NCBI RefSeq assembly: GCF_009914755.1
Contig: NC_060938.1
Strand: one strand, 5' to 3'
Length of the DNA: 64,000 bases
Source: the human T2T-CHM13v2.0 reference genome, Homo sapiens
The notes below the pieces were generated by a model. The model worked only from the letters and a program-made list of their open reading frames with translations, searched no databases and was not told the DNA's origin. The translations under genes were made by a program, and so were the position numbers. Positions 19,107 to 37,411 of the stretch are shown piece after piece. Numbering within the stretch: position 1 is the stretch's first letter; each line of letters begins with the position of its first letter.

Positions 19107-20315
19107 TTATGCCTTCGTTTCGTTATTTACCCAGTAGTCATTCAGGAGCAGGTTGTTCAGTTGCCATGTTATGCGGTTTTGAGTGAGTTTCTTAACCCTG
19201 CGTTTTCATTTGATTGCACTGTGGTCTGAGAGACAGTTTTTTGTGATTTTTGTTCTTTACTATTTGCTGAGGAGTGCTTTACTTCCAACTATGTGGTCAA
19301 TTTTGGAATAAGTGCAATGTGGTGCTAAGAAGAATGTATACTCTTTTGATTTGTTTGTGGAGAGTTCTGTAGATGTCTAGTATGTCTGCTTGGTGCAGAG
19401 CTGAGTTCAAGTCCTGGATATCCTTGTTAACCTTCTGTCTCATTGATGTGTCTAATATTGACAGTGGGGTGTTAAAGCCTCCCATTATTATTGTGTAGGA
19501 GTCTAAGTCTCTTTGTAGTCTCTAAGGACTTGCTTTATGAATCTGGGTGCTCCTGTATTGGGTGCATATATATTTAGGATAGTTAGCTCTTCTTGTTGAA
19601 TTGATCTCTTTACCATTATGTAATGGCCTTCTTTGTCTCTTTTGATCTTTGTTGATTTAAAGTCTGTTTTATCAGTACAATTTGACTTCCTCTTTTCCTA
19701 ATTGAATACCTTTTATTTCTTTCTCTTGCCGGATTGGCCAGAACTTCCTATGCTCCGTTGAATAGGAGTGATGAGAGAGGTAATCCTCTCTCTCCCCAGG
19801 ATTGCAACCCCTGCTTTTTTTTTTTTTTTTTTTTTGCTTTCCATTTGCTTGGTAGATCTTCCTCCAGCCGTTTATTTTGAGCCTATGTGTGTCTCTGCAC
19901 ATGAGATGGGTCCCCTGAATACAGCACACTGATGGGTCTTGACTCCTTATCCAATTTGCCAGTCTGTGTCTTTTAATTGGGGCATTTAGCCCATTTGCAT
20001 TTAAGGTTAATATTGTTATGTGTGAATTTGATCCTGTCATTATGATGTTAGCTGGTTATTTTGCCCATTAGTTCATGCAGTTTCTTCCTAGCATCGATGG
20101 TCTTTACAATTTGGCATGTTTTTGCAGTGGCTGTTAGCGGTTTTTCCTTTCCATGTTTAGGGCTTCCTTGAGCCCTTGTAAGGCAGGCCTGGTGGTGACA
20201 AAGTCTCTCAGCATTTGCTTGTCTGTAAAGGATTTTATTTCTCCTTCACTTACGAAGCTTAGTTTGGCTGGATATGAAATTCTGGGTTGAAAATTCTTTT
20301 CTTTAAGAATGTTGA

Positions 20316-21012
<697 letters not shown>

Positions 21013-21375
21013 TCACTTCATTTCATTAATCTGACCTTCAATCACTGATACCCTTTCTTCCACTTGATCAAATCAGCTACTGAAGCTTGTGCATGCATCA
21101 TGAAGTTCTCGTGCCATGGTTTTCAGCTCCTTCAGGTCATTAAAGGTCTTCTCTACACTGTTTATTCTAGTTAGCCATTCATCTAATCTTTTTTCAAGGT
21201 TTTTAGCTTCCTTGCGATGTGTTCGAACATCCTCCTTTAGCTCGGAGAAGTTTGTTATTACCGACCTTCTGAAGCCTACTTCTGTCAACTCGTCAAAGTC
21301 ATTCTCCGTCCAGCTTTGTTCTGTTGCTGGCAAGGAGCTGCGATCCTTTGGAGAAGAAGAGGTGCTCTGTTTTTT

Positions 21376-22022
21376 TCCTCTGACTGTATTTTTTAATAGG
21401 GGGTTTTCAAGCTCATTCTTTCTTCTTTGATCAATTTTGTTATTAAAGGACTCTGATTCATTCTTCAGTATGGCAATTGCATTTTTCAGCTCCGGAGTTT
21501 CTGCTTGATTTTTAAAAATTATTTCAATCTCTTTGTTAAATTCATCCGATGGAATTCTGAATTCCTTCTCTGTGTTTTCTTGATTTTCTTTGAGTTTCCT
21601 CAATATAGCTATTTTGAATTCTCTGTCTGAAAGGTCACATAGCTCTGCTTTGCCAGGATTGATCCCTGGTGCTTTATTTAGTTCATTTGGTGAGGTCATG
21701 CTTTCCCGGTTGGTGTTGATGCTAGTTGACGTTCTTCAGTATCTGGGCATTGTAGAGTTAGGTATTTATTGTTGTCTTCACCGTCTGGGCTTGTTTGTAC
21801 CTGTCCCTCTTGGGAAGGCATTCCAGATATTCAAAAGGACATGGGTGTTATGATCTATGTTGTATCTGCTTTAGGGGGCACCCCAAGCCCAATAATGCTG
21901 CAATTCCTGCAGACTCATAGAGGTATCGCCTTGATAGTCTTAGACTAAATCTGGAAGAATTCTCTGGATTACCAGGCAGACTCTTGTTCTCTTCCCTTAC
22001 ATCTCTCCAAATATACAGTCTC

Positions 22023-22061
<39 letters not shown>

Positions 22062-23693
22062 GTTCTAAGCCACCTAAAGCTGGGGGTGGAGTGACACAAG
22101 CAACCCTGTAGCCACCACCACTGTGACTGTGCTGGGTCAGACCTGAAGCCAGCACAGCACTGGGTCTTGCCCAAGGCCTGCTGTAACCACTCCCTGGTTA
22201 CTGCCTGTGTTCACTCAGGGCTCTGGGGCTCCACAATCAGCAGGTGGCATAACCAGCCAGGTCTGTTTCCTTCCCTTCAGGGTGGCAAGGTCCCCCAGGC
22301 TCCAGGTGGGTCCAGAAGTGCCATCTGGGAGTCAGGGACTAGAGTGATAAACCTTAGAAGTCTACCTGGCGTTCTATTGTATTGCGGCTGAGCTAGCACT
22401 CACACCACAAGACGTAGTCCTTCCCAGTCTTCCCTCTTCTTTCCAAAGACAGAGGAGCCTCACCCAGTAGCCACCCCAGGCCACAAGGAGTACTGACAGA
22501 CTAGTGCTGATGTTCCCTTAGGGTCCAAGATCTCTTAAGTCAGCTGGTCTTGACTGCTGCCTGGCCTGGGACTCACCCTTCAGATGGGACTCACTCTTCA
22601 GGAAAGTAGGCTCCCCTCTGGCCCAGGGCAGGTCCAGAAATGCCATTCAAGAGTCAAGTCATGGCAGGGACCCCAAGAGCCTCCTTGGTGCTCTACCTAA
22701 CTTTGGCCATGCTGGCACCTAAGGTGCAAGACAAAGTCCCCTTTACTGTTCCCTCTGCTTTTCTCAAGCAGAAGGAGTTTTGGCCTGTAGTCACCACAGC
22801 TGGGAATGTGCTGAATCTCACCTGAAGCCAGAAGGCTCATCCAAGGCCCTCAACATAGTACCTGGGTATCACTGCTGGTTATTCAGGGCCCAAGGGCTCT
22901 CAAGTTAGCAGGTGATGAATGCTGCCGAGACTAGGTCCTTTCCTTCAAGGCAGCAGGTTCCTTTTCTGGCCCAGGGTGTATCTAGAAATGTGACTGAGCT
23001 GGTGTTCTAGATGCAAGACAAAGTCCCCCCTACTCTTCCCTCTCTGCTCCTCAAGCAGAAGGAAGGAGTCTCTTCGGAGCCATGAGCCATGCAGCTTGGG
23101 GTTAGAGGAGAGGTGGTACCAGTTCTTCCTTGGCTGCTCCAGCTGGTGTCTCAGTATGTTGCATGCCCTCCCCAGTCCACTGTCTCTGGGCCTCGCTCAG
23201 CACTGGAACTCACCTAGAGTTGCAGTCCTTATGGCCTGGATTGTCTTTCAAGTTTGCTTGGAGACACAGAGCGCTGTAGCCCTCGGTGGCGAGGTTTGGA
23301 GGCACTTAAATTACGACCGCTGATACCGGAGAGCCCCCTCTGACTCAGGCTGGTTTGAATGCTCCTTCCATGGGCTGGGCTGGCATCAGCTGAATTTGGT
23401 CTGGTTTTTCTTTCTGCTCTAACAGGACAGTGCTGAGTTCAATGCCTCTCAAATGCTGTGTTCTCCCTCCTGCAGCACCCAGAGATGCTCTCCTGCTGGT
23501 GAGGGTGGGTGGCTTTGGCGATTCCAAACTGTTTTTTCTGGTTCTTCAGTGCCTCTTTCAGCGATATGAAGTTAAAATAGGTACTGTGAGGGCTCACCTG
23601 ATTTTTGGTTCTTATGAAGCTGTTTTTTCTGTGTAGGTAGTTATTGTTGTCCTTGCAGGGGAGATTTCCATCCCGCCATCTTGCCCTGCCTCT
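21376..23693 (-). mobile_element. Older L1 (L1MA/L1M1-type) 5'UTR and ORF1 N-terminus
   Basis: ORF1-like ELCDLSDREFKIAILRKLKE..; 5' end reads GGCAGGGCAAGATGGCGG on the minus strand (L1 start/YY1 motif). Confidence 0.8.
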
Positions 23694-23966
23694 GGGATTA
23701 TCTTTTGACTGTTTGGTAGACTTTGGTTGAAAAACTGTCTTGGACTGTGGGAAGGCAGTTAACAGGTGTTTGGGGGCAAGAAATGAGCCCTTTAGGCTAA
23801 ATTTTCAAATCAATTGACAGAAAGTTGTCCTTAAGTCTGTCTTACAATTTTTAAAATCTCTATTGTATTTGTGGTTAAGTCCTCCTTTTCAGGCCTAATA
23901 TTTGTGAGGTGAGATCACTACCTTCCCACAAGAGCCTGAGTAACATTCTTCCTAAAAACTCCTGTA

Positions 23967-24277
23967 GGCCGGGCGCAGTGGCTTACACCTGTAATCCCAG
24001 CACTTTGGGAGGCCGAGGCAGGTGAATCACTTGAGGTCAGGAGTTCAAGACCAGCCTGGCCAACATGGGGAAACCCTGTCTCTATTAAAAGTACAAAAAT
24101 TACCTGGGCATGGTGGTTCTCACCTGTAATCCCAGCTACTTGGGAGGCTGAGGCAGGAGAATCACTTGAACCCAGGAGGCCAAGGTTGCAGTGAGCCTAG
24201 ATTATGCCACTGCACTCCAGCCTGGGCAACAAGTGAAACTCTGTCTCAAAACAAACAAACAAACAAACAAACAAAAA
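23967..24277 (+). mobile_element. AluS
   Basis: TSD AAAAACTCCTGT; (CAAA)n tail. Confidence 0.92.
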
Positions 24278-24646
24278 ACTCCTGTCTTCTTGCACCATCC
24301 CCTGTTCGCCTGAAGAAGCTCAAGCGAGTTTTCTGATTGGTGGGTTTGAGGAGGGCCTGGCCATGTGAGCTTGGCCCCTCCTCCTTCCCTTCTCTCTGGG
24401 ACTCCAGGGATGGTGGCTACTGTGCATTTCACCTTCCTCATGCCCTGAGACTTACAGCAGCAGGCCGCCATGTGGAGGAGTCCCTCGCTGTCCAGTGTGG
24501 CCTGGGACTGGTTGGAAAAGTTCATCTTATTCTGGATTCAGGGTTAGGAAGCTCATCATCATGGCTCACCTAAGGCATGGCCTCCAGCAGAACTCATATC
24601 AATAATAAAGATGGTATTTTGAGCTTATCTGGTTAAATATTGAGGC

Positions 24647-24981
24647 AGAGAGTAGAGGCTGAGAAGGGTAGTAGGGGGTGGGGGGAGGGAGGGATAGTGA
24701 ATGAGTACAAAAAATGTTGGAAAGAATGAATAAGACCTACTATTTGATAGCACAGCAGGGAGACTATAGTCAGTAATAACTGAACTATAGATTTTTAAAT
24801 AACTTAAAGAGTATAATTGGAGTGTTTGTAATTCAATGGATAAATGCTTGAAGGGATGGATACCCCATTCTCCATGTTGTGCTTATTTCACATTGCATGC
24901 CTGTATCAAAACATCTCATGCACCCCCATAAATCTATATACTTATTATGTACCCACAAATATTAAAAATTAAAAATAAAGA
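24647..24981 (+). mobile_element. 5'-truncated L1MA (L1MA1/2-like) 3' end
   Basis: GAATAAGACCTACTATTTGATAGCAC..GGATGGATACCCCATTCTCCATG..TATGTACCCACAAA + A-rich tail. Confidence 0.75.
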
Positions 24982-25438
24982 AATACTGACTCCAGTTCTT
25001 ACAGTGCCTAAACTGCTTGTCCAGAGTGAAGTGGACAATCCATGTGAATTTCCATCCTTGTGTTAAGGCCCATTACCAGCTTCTTGGTTTCAGGTACTAG
25101 ATCATTAAAGATCCTCGTGGAAAGACCTGTTTTTCTTTCTCTTTTCCCCCTCAGTGCCGAGCATAGAGCTTACAGGTACAAAGTTTTCACAAAAACCCTG
25201 GCTTTAATTTAATTAGGAGTCCTTGTTAAATTTTAATAGTAGTCAGAGGTATTCCTGAATAGTGCGGGGGTGTCGTTTCTCTCTTTAAGAGATAGGATTT
25301 GTATCCCGAACAATACTCAGTAACCTGCAAGAGTTGACGGAAGTTCTGAAAGTGCTCATTTTAACTACTAAAATAATCTGGTTCAGTATGACTAATAATA
25401 TTACATCCAGCTTTTTTTTTCTGTATTTTATCTAATAG

Positions 25439-25519
25439 GCCAGAAAATTTGCAGCATACGTAGTTGCTGCTGGACTCCAGTATGGAGCGGAAGGAGGCAT
25501 GTTACACACATTTTTTAAG
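25439..25519 (+). CDS. AK7: AK7 coding exon (probably 6), 81 nt, phase 0/0: [27 protein letters not shown]
   Basis: tctaatag| acceptor, AAG|GTATGG donor, frame continuity. Confidence 0.96.
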
Positions 25520-25734
25520 GTATGGCTTTCAATGATGACGTGGAATGTTTAAAAGTGTCTTACGATACAGATACGCAATTTGAAGGTGTTTTTGATTGCT
25601 TTGGGTGTGGTTAGTGCAGTAGAATAGCAGAAGATGAAGGCAAGTATGGATGTCACCACAAAGACCTACGTTTCTTTCCCATTATTAACTTGTATTCACC
25701 ACTCTCAAAATAATAATGAAAAAGACGTATCTCC

Positions 25735-27545
25735 TTTCATTCATGAAACAGATATTGATGTAGTGCCCATCAGGTGCTGGAAACTGTTGTAGGTACTTGG
25801 GATACAGTAAAATAATAAAGTCCCTCCTCTTGCGAAGCTTACATTCTAGGGGGATGGAGAAAGAGATAGATAATAAGCAAGCCGGTAAATGTTGAGTATT
25901 TCAGATGTTGAAACAGGGTATGGAAAACAACAGAGCAGAGAAAGGCAGAGAGTGCTGGGGAGTAAGGTTGCGGGGATTGGGGCTGTTATATCTTATATAG
26001 GAAGGTTGAGGAAGGTCTTTCCAACGATGTGACATTTGAGTAGGAAGGGAAAGGCAATGAAGGAGCTGGCTAATCGGCTTTCTGGAGAAAGACATCCCAG
26101 ACAGTGAGAATTGTTACTGCAAAGAAGTGAGGCAGAAATGTGCTGGCTACATTTGAAGACCAATCTAGATCAATCTAGCTGAAGTATGGGAGAACAGCGG
26201 TAATGAGGTCAAAGCGGTAATGAGAGAGTCAGACCAAGCCCAGCCTGGTAGCCCCTCGTGAAGCTCTGGCTTTCTTTCTGAGTGAGTTGGACAACCATTA
26301 GACTGAGCACAGAAGCAACATAATCCATATGATATAAAAGGACAGCTTTCTCCTTCTGCTGTGCTGAGGATGTACTATTTGGGGCATGGGCAGGAGCAGG
26401 AAGCAAGGAAACCAGTGAGCAGGGTAGTGCCTAAGACCTGGGTGGGCATGGTGGGGATACTGGAAACTGTTCAGATTTCAGACGTATTTTGAAGAGAGAG
26501 TCAATGGGATTTGTTCAAAGCTTGGATGTAAGGATGACAGAAACATAGTAAAGGATAACTTTAAGGATTTTGGTCTAAGCAACTAGAAGTATGGCACTGC
26601 CACTTATTGAGATGGGGAAGACAGGGAATGGAGCTGGTTGGGGTACAATGCAATGAAAAGTTCAGGAAGTTTGAGATAATTAATATCCAAGTATAGATAC
26701 TGGGAAGGCTATTGGACAAAAAGAGTTTGGTGATCATGGGGGAGGTCAGGTCTGGAGATATAATCATGGGAGCTGTCAGTATACAGTGGGTACTTAAATC
26801 CTTGGGACTGGATGACATCAACTACTGAATGAATATGGAGAAGAGATAGGGGCCTGAGGACTGAGTCTTGGAACCCTCCAATATTGGAGGTTATAGGGAA
26901 ATGGGAAGGAATTAGGAAAGGAGGTTGAGAAGGGTGGGCAGGAAGCAGGAGAGGAAATAAGAGAAAAGTAAATAATTATTAAAAAAAATATTTTTGGCCG
27001 ACTCACGCCTGTAATCCCGGCACTTTGGGAGGCCAAGGCAGGCGGATCACAAGGTCAGGAGATCAAGACTATCCTGGCTAACACGGAGAAACCCCGTCTC
27101 TACTAAAAACACAAAAAATTAGCCGGGCATGGTGGCGGGAGCCTGTGGTCCCAGCTACTCGTTAGGCTGAAGTAGGAGAATGGTGTGAACCGAGGAGGCG
27201 GAGCTTGCAGTGAGCCGAAATTGCACCACTGCACTCCAGCCTGGGTGACAGAGCGAGACTCCATCTCAAAAAAAAAAAAAAAAAGTTTTTAAAAAGAAAG
27301 AATGACAAATTGTGTCAGATACTGCAGATAATCAACTAAGATGAAACCTACAAATTGACCGCTAAATTTTTTGGCACTAGGTAGGACAAAAGTCTAACAG
27401 CCGCAGGTTCAAGAGGAACAGCTGGAGGGGAATTGAAGACAATGAGAACAGAGAAATATTTCAAGGAATTTTCCTGTAAAAGGAGGGGGGTGCAAAGAAA
27501 GAAGGCGGAGTTAAAGGATAAAGTGTAGTCAAGAGAGGTTGGTTG
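25735..27545 (-). mobile_element. Degraded L2 LINE interrupted by an AluY-like element (~26996-27284)
   Basis: L2 3'-end pattern TCATTCA..GGGATACAG..AAAGTCCCT..GCTTACATTCTAG and purine-rich body. Confidence 0.6.
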
Positions 27546-27559
27546 AACTGATTTTTAAT

Positions 27560-27875
<316 letters not shown>

Positions 27876-28291
27876 TCGAACTGATTTTTTTAATACAAGA
27901 GATATGACAGTTGCAGAGGAGAAGCTCAAGGAAGCTCTTACTCATTGTCCATTCTCAGCTACTTCTCACCTACCTGCTCACTGAATCTTGGCATTCGCAG
28001 GCCTCTGCCCTAGACCTTTTTTCTTCACCCTCTGCTCTCTCTCCCTTGGTCTGTTTATTCCTATGACTGATACCAATGACTCAAACTTCAGTCTCCAGCG
28101 AGGCTCTCTCTCCTAAGTTCTAGCTCTGTAGGTCCAGCTGCCTACTCAGCACCTCAACTTGGATGTCTTTCCCAAATCCAAACTATACCTACAGTCATCC
28201 CCAAACCTGCTCCTCCTCCAAGGCCCCATCTCAGAAAATGGGGTAACCCTCCAACCAGCTACATGATCAGAATCCAACTCCTCCCTCCTTA

Positions 28292-29380
<1,089 letters not shown>

Positions 29381-30042
29381 TTACCCATCATAAAATTCCC
29401 AGTTACTACAGTCAGCCTCCTCAATGTCTCCCTTCTCTCCATCCCCACTCCCTGCACTTCCCACCTCCAGGCTAAGCTACCCTATTTCGCCTGCACACCT
29501 GCCATCACCCCTCTGTCCCCACTGGACTCTCCTTCCCGCCACTTCTCCACAAGGCAACAAAAGCAAGCCTGCTGTTGTCACATCACTGCTTAGAACCCTT
29601 CAATACTTTCTGAAAGTCCAAAATATCTTACAAGACCCAGTGGTCTACTGTGACCCCTACCCCTACCTCTTTCACTCTTAACAACAATTCAAAATAATCT
29701 AATATGTGACACTTAAACAGTACTCATCATGTCTGTTTGGTTACTGAAATACTTAATGAGAAGAAAAGATGAGGATTTGGACTCTGAGGATCGGGGTTCC
29801 AGTCCAAGCTCTCACAAGTGTATCCTCCTGCATGCTACTTATCCGCTAAGCATTTCACCCCTGGACTGATGGTACTTATTTCCCCTCACCTCATCCCTAC
29901 TGGTGGGGGTAATTTTAAATTTTAATTTGTCTTTTTGTGAGAATTAAGACATCATGCATGTGAAAACATTTCTTCTCTATGTGAATGCCATGCGTATAGC
30001 TACTAAATACGGCTGAGAGGTTGTAGATTTCTTGAAAAGTAT

Positions 30043-30171
30043 TTCAGTCCCAGGGCTACACATTATTTCTCTTGGCAGAATTTGATTCAGTCCCAGGGCT
30101 ACACATTATTTCTCTTGGCAGAATTTGATTCAGTCCCAGGGCTACACACTATTTCTCTTGGCAGAATTTGA
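30043..30171 (+). repeat. 43-bp tandem repeat x3 (minisatellite)
   Basis: TTCAGTCCCAGGGCTACACATTATTTCTCTTGGCAGAATTTGA at 30043, 30086, 30129; one substitution in copy 3. Confidence 0.97.
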
Positions 30172-30333
30172 TCCTAAATCTCATCAGGGCTGATTTATAA
30201 AACACCCCCTAGAGGAAATTACTTAAGCAGATAGCTAGGCCTTTCAGTTGCCTCTGACTGTAGACTTATGTGTGAGCTGTAATAGCCATCCACATATAAC
30301 TGGGGGACATGATTTTGCTTTTCTTCCTTTCAG

Positions 30334-30422
30334 ATGGCTTGGTTGGGCGAGATTCCTGCATTACCAGTTTTTGGCGATGGAACAAATGTAATTCCAACAA
30401 TCCATGTTCTTGATCTAGCAGG
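30334..30422 (+). CDS. AK7: AK7 coding exon (probably 7), 89 nt, phase 0/2: [29 protein letters not shown](G)
   Basis: ttccttttcag-type acceptor, GG|GTAAGC donor; GDG..IHV.D pattern typical of extended-SDR/Rossmann-like domains. Confidence 0.96.
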
Positions 30423-31258
30423 GTAAGCATTCGCCCAGAGACGTGACCTTCACAGAATTGGTTAATGTGTTTGTTTGTAGCCTAATACTTTTTGAGCATT
30501 TGCCTAGTGCTAAGACCCTTACATGGATTATTGTGTTCATTCTTCGTAACAACCCTATGCAGAAGGTACCGTCTTCTCCATTTTGCATCTAATGAAATAG
30601 TGCCCACTGTTCAAAAGTTCTACATTTCTGGTGACAAGTTCAGGTTCATCTCTTAGAAACTATCGACAGAATAGCAATGCCCTCCAATTTTGGAAAAGAA
30701 AGAACTTGGTGTGTACATTCTGAGGACGTAGTTTCTTATTCCTTTGTCCCAGATGAGATTAATATGTCTAACCCGTCAACTTAAATTCTAGAATTCAAAT
30801 GGAAAACTGTAAACCTGAAGCTTTTTCCTTCTTTGACAGTTGTAGGTAAAGTTGACATATGTTTTTTATACTCACAGAGCATCTAAACCCTGTATTCAGA
30901 CAGGTCCAGAAACCCTTCTCTTCCTTTGAAGACCCTGACTTAAACGTGAGGTCAATGAGTTGGTTCACTGTGTTTGTGGTTCATCAGCTCCAGCTTCCGG
31001 GGACTTCATTCTGTCACCCCTGTGGCACATCCCCAGAAAGGAGCAATTTCTGCACTTCCCTGAGGTTCTGGTTTTCAGATTCCCACTCTTTCTCTCATCC
31101 ACTGGCCACTAGTAAATTAGTCACAATCTCAGATAAATTTCTAGACTTACTGGGAAATGAAGGAAGTTTAAACTTCAGGGCCACACCCCTGAGCAGATCC
31201 CTTTCCAAGACCCTGAACCTAATTTTTATTATTTTTCTTAAAGAAGGATCCTATGAGT

Positions 31259-31787
<529 letters not shown>

Positions 31788-32032
31788 CTGTAAATGGGCT
31801 AAGCTTCAGGCACTACAAAACCCTGGATCTGCTCCATCCCTGGGGATGGAGGGGCCGAAACATACCCATTTTTTTCTGCAGAGATTTTACATTATGACAT
31901 TACTGGGTTTCAAAGATACAGAAGAGTCTTTTACATTATTAATATAACTTACTTGGCATTAATCCTTAACATATTACGTCCAAACATAAATTAGAGGGTG
32001 AAATGATTGCCATTACAGAAGGACTTAGAGCC

Positions 32033-32878
<846 letters not shown>

Positions 32879-34126
32879 GACCCTTTTAAGTAGCATTTTT
32901 TCCCCAGAGGTTTCTTTGAAGATTGTCAAATATTTAACAGAGGAAAAAGCAAAAAGCTGAAATGTTCTGAGAAATGGATAGAAAATAGGCTAGGTGCAGT
33001 GGCTCATGCCTGTAATCCCAACACTGTGGGAGGCCAAGGTGGGAGGTTCGCCTGAGCCGAGGAGTTCGGGACCAGGCTGGACAACATAGTGAAACCCTGT
33101 CTCTACAAAAAATACAAAAATTAGTCGGGTTTGGTGGCTCATGCCTGCAGTCCCAGCTACCCGGGAGGTGGAGGCGGGAGGATCACTTGACCCTGGGAGG
33201 TTGAGGCTGCAGTGAACCGTGATAACACCACTGCCTGCCAGCCTGGGCAACAGAGCGAGACTCAAAATAAATAAATAAATGAGTGAATAAATAAATAAAT
33301 ATAGAAAAAAAGAAATGAATACAAAATAAATGTGAACTGCACATTTGGAAGCGTGCATTCGATTTATTTTCATTTTATTGAAAGGAAGCTAAGATGGAGG
33401 TAGAATTGACAAGCCATTGTGATAGACATCTATTCACTGTTGTTTCTCTCTGGAATTTAATTTTTGTTCCAATCCCTGCTCTGCTTCTCACTAGCTGTGT
33501 GAATTTAGGGAAGTTACTTACGGGGATAGGAGCAGCACCTACATGCTAGGGCTGTGAAAATTTAGTGGGATCACACCTGTGCCACCCTCAGCACAGAAGC
33601 AAGCGCTCGGAAACCTTGGCAACTGGGATAGGAAAGCAGGCTCAGGCACTGTTGCTGCGTGACTTCCTTAAAGAGCCACAGCTTGTCTAAATCTGTGTCT
33701 TACTTTGTAAAATACCTCCCTAAAGCATTGTTGTGAGGCTCACACGAGCCCCTAGATGGGGAGGGCTTCATAAACTGGGGTCCTGCTGGGGGCCGGTCCT
33801 GCTGGGGGCAGTTCCCCTTGTTGGGAGACAGGGCAGTATGCTAGAAAGAAGACAGGTCCAGAACCAGATGCATCTGACCTCAAAAGCTGGCTCTTCCACT
33901 TTCGCAATAGCTCTTCAGCCTGAGAAATGTCACCGAACCCTTTAGCATCTTCCTCATGTGGAGAATGCAGATAACCATCCCAACCCTGACCGTATTGAAA
34001 ATGGAGATAACTTATCAAAGCACCAAACCCCACGCCCAGCCATGGGGGTGGTGGTCAGTGAATTCTAGTTTACTGCATCTCTTTCGCTTTTTCCCTTTGA
34101 TGATTATTTTACCTGTGGGTCTGCAG

Positions 34127-34217
34127 AGTGATACAAAACGTCATAGATCACGTGCCAAAGCCTCACTACCTGGTTGCTGTGGATGAGTCTGTTCATACCC
34201 TGGAAGACATAGTCAAG
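34127..34217 (+). CDS. AK7: AK7 coding exon (probably 8), 91 nt, phase 2/0: (G)[30 protein letters not shown]
   Basis: ctgcag| acceptor, AAG|GTACAG donor; phase complements previous exon. Confidence 0.96.
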
Positions 34218-34389
34218 GTACAGTGGTTTCATCCCATACTTTGATGACATATCGTAAATAGTTTTGCTGGCTGGGCGCGGTGGCTCATGCCTGTAATCCT
34301 AGCATTTTGGGAGTCCGAGGCGGGTGGATCACCTGAGGTCAGGAGCTCAAGACCAGCCTGACCAACATGATGAAACCCCATCTCTACTA

Positions 34390-34563
<174 letters not shown>

Positions 34564-35844
34564 TTAAAAATTAAAATAAAAATAAATTAAAAAGTTTTGC
34601 CCCCAATCAGTTGTGCTAACAAAACTGGGACTCCTAAGAAGAATATCCGTAAAACCCAAACTCACTATCTGCATTTGCAGTATATACTTTAAGGTTACTA
34701 CCAAAATAGCCTTTCTCTTTTATATGTACAGAGGGAAATAAGAAAGACTGCTGTAGGGCTCAGGTTAAGAAGATGGCGATCATTGCACCCCAGACACACA
34801 CGCAGATGACACACCAGAATACGAAAATCCGCCAATAGGCACTTGCCCCAAAGTATTGATATGATCAGGTTCACCAACCTACTGGCCAATTCCAGGAGTT
34901 CTATTTTTAATATTATTTATTTGTTTATTTACTTATTTTTTTGATACAGAGTCTCGCTCTTTCGCCCAGGCTGGAGTGCCGTGGTGTGATCATAGCTCAC
35001 TGCACCCTTGACATCCTGGGCTCAAGAGAGCCTCCTGCCTCAGTTTTCCAAGTAGCTGGGAACACAGGCGTGCACCACCGTACCTGGCTAATTTTCATTC
35101 TTTTTCTTTTTTTGTCAAAATGAGGTCTCACCATGTCACCAGGCTGGTCTGAAACTCCTGAGCTCAAATGATCCTCCCGCCTCTGCCTCCCAAAGTGCTG
35201 GGATTACAGGGGTAAGCCACAGTGCCTGGCTAAGTTTGTTTTTAATGTTTTAGAGACAGGGTCTTGCTCTGTCACCCAGGCTGGAATGCAGTGGTGTGAT
35301 CTTAGCTCACTGCAACCTCAAACTCCTGGGCTCAAGTGATCCTGCCACCTCGGCCTCTGAAAGTGCTAGGATTAGAGGTCTGAGCCATTGTGCCCAGCAT
35401 CAGGAGTCTAGATCTGGGACAGCTTCCTCTTCCAGTCCAGGCTGCTCTGGCTAAAGCAGCTACCATGCGGCCCAGCTAGTGCAGCCTTCTCCTGCCCTTC
35501 TCCTGGCTACTCCCTATTCATTTTTAAGATTCAGCTCAAGCCTGGGCAACATGGTGAAACCCCATCTCTACCAAAAAAAAATATACAGAAATTAGCCGTG
35601 CATGGTGGTGTGCCTGTAGTCCCAGATACTCAGGAGGCTGAGGTGGGAGGATCACTTGAGCCCAGGAGGCAGAGGTTGCAGTGAGCCAAGATTGTGTCAT
35701 TGCACACTAGCCTGGGTGACAGAGTGAGACCCTGTCAAAAAAAAAAAAAAAAGAAAAGAAATTCAGTTTATCTATCTTCCTGTGCACTCTCCCTGCCTCA
35801 TTCCCACCTCCTGCACGCGACAGGTGTCTCTCTTCATCCCAGGT

Positions 35845-36850
<1,006 letters not shown>

Positions 36851-36938
36851 CAGAATCCCCTTTGCTGAGCTGCAAACACTCCACATGATAAATATCTGTG
36901 TACAGTTCTGTCTCTCTTTTCACACTGGGAGCTCTTGA

Positions 36939-37353
<415 letters not shown>

Positions 37354-37411
37354 TTATATAAAGTAAAACCTTCCAGGTAAACCAACTAATATTTCGATTT
37401 TCCTCTAACAG

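Noticed and set aside
24647-24981. The missing 3' end of the old L1, inverted by twin priming
   Set aside because: Separated from the L1 5' end by ~1 kb of other sequence and appears to have its own flanking duplication (AAATA(T/C)TGA); an independent insertion
30043-30171. CRISPR-like array
   Set aside because: Repeats are directly adjacent with no spacers; eukaryotic minisatellite
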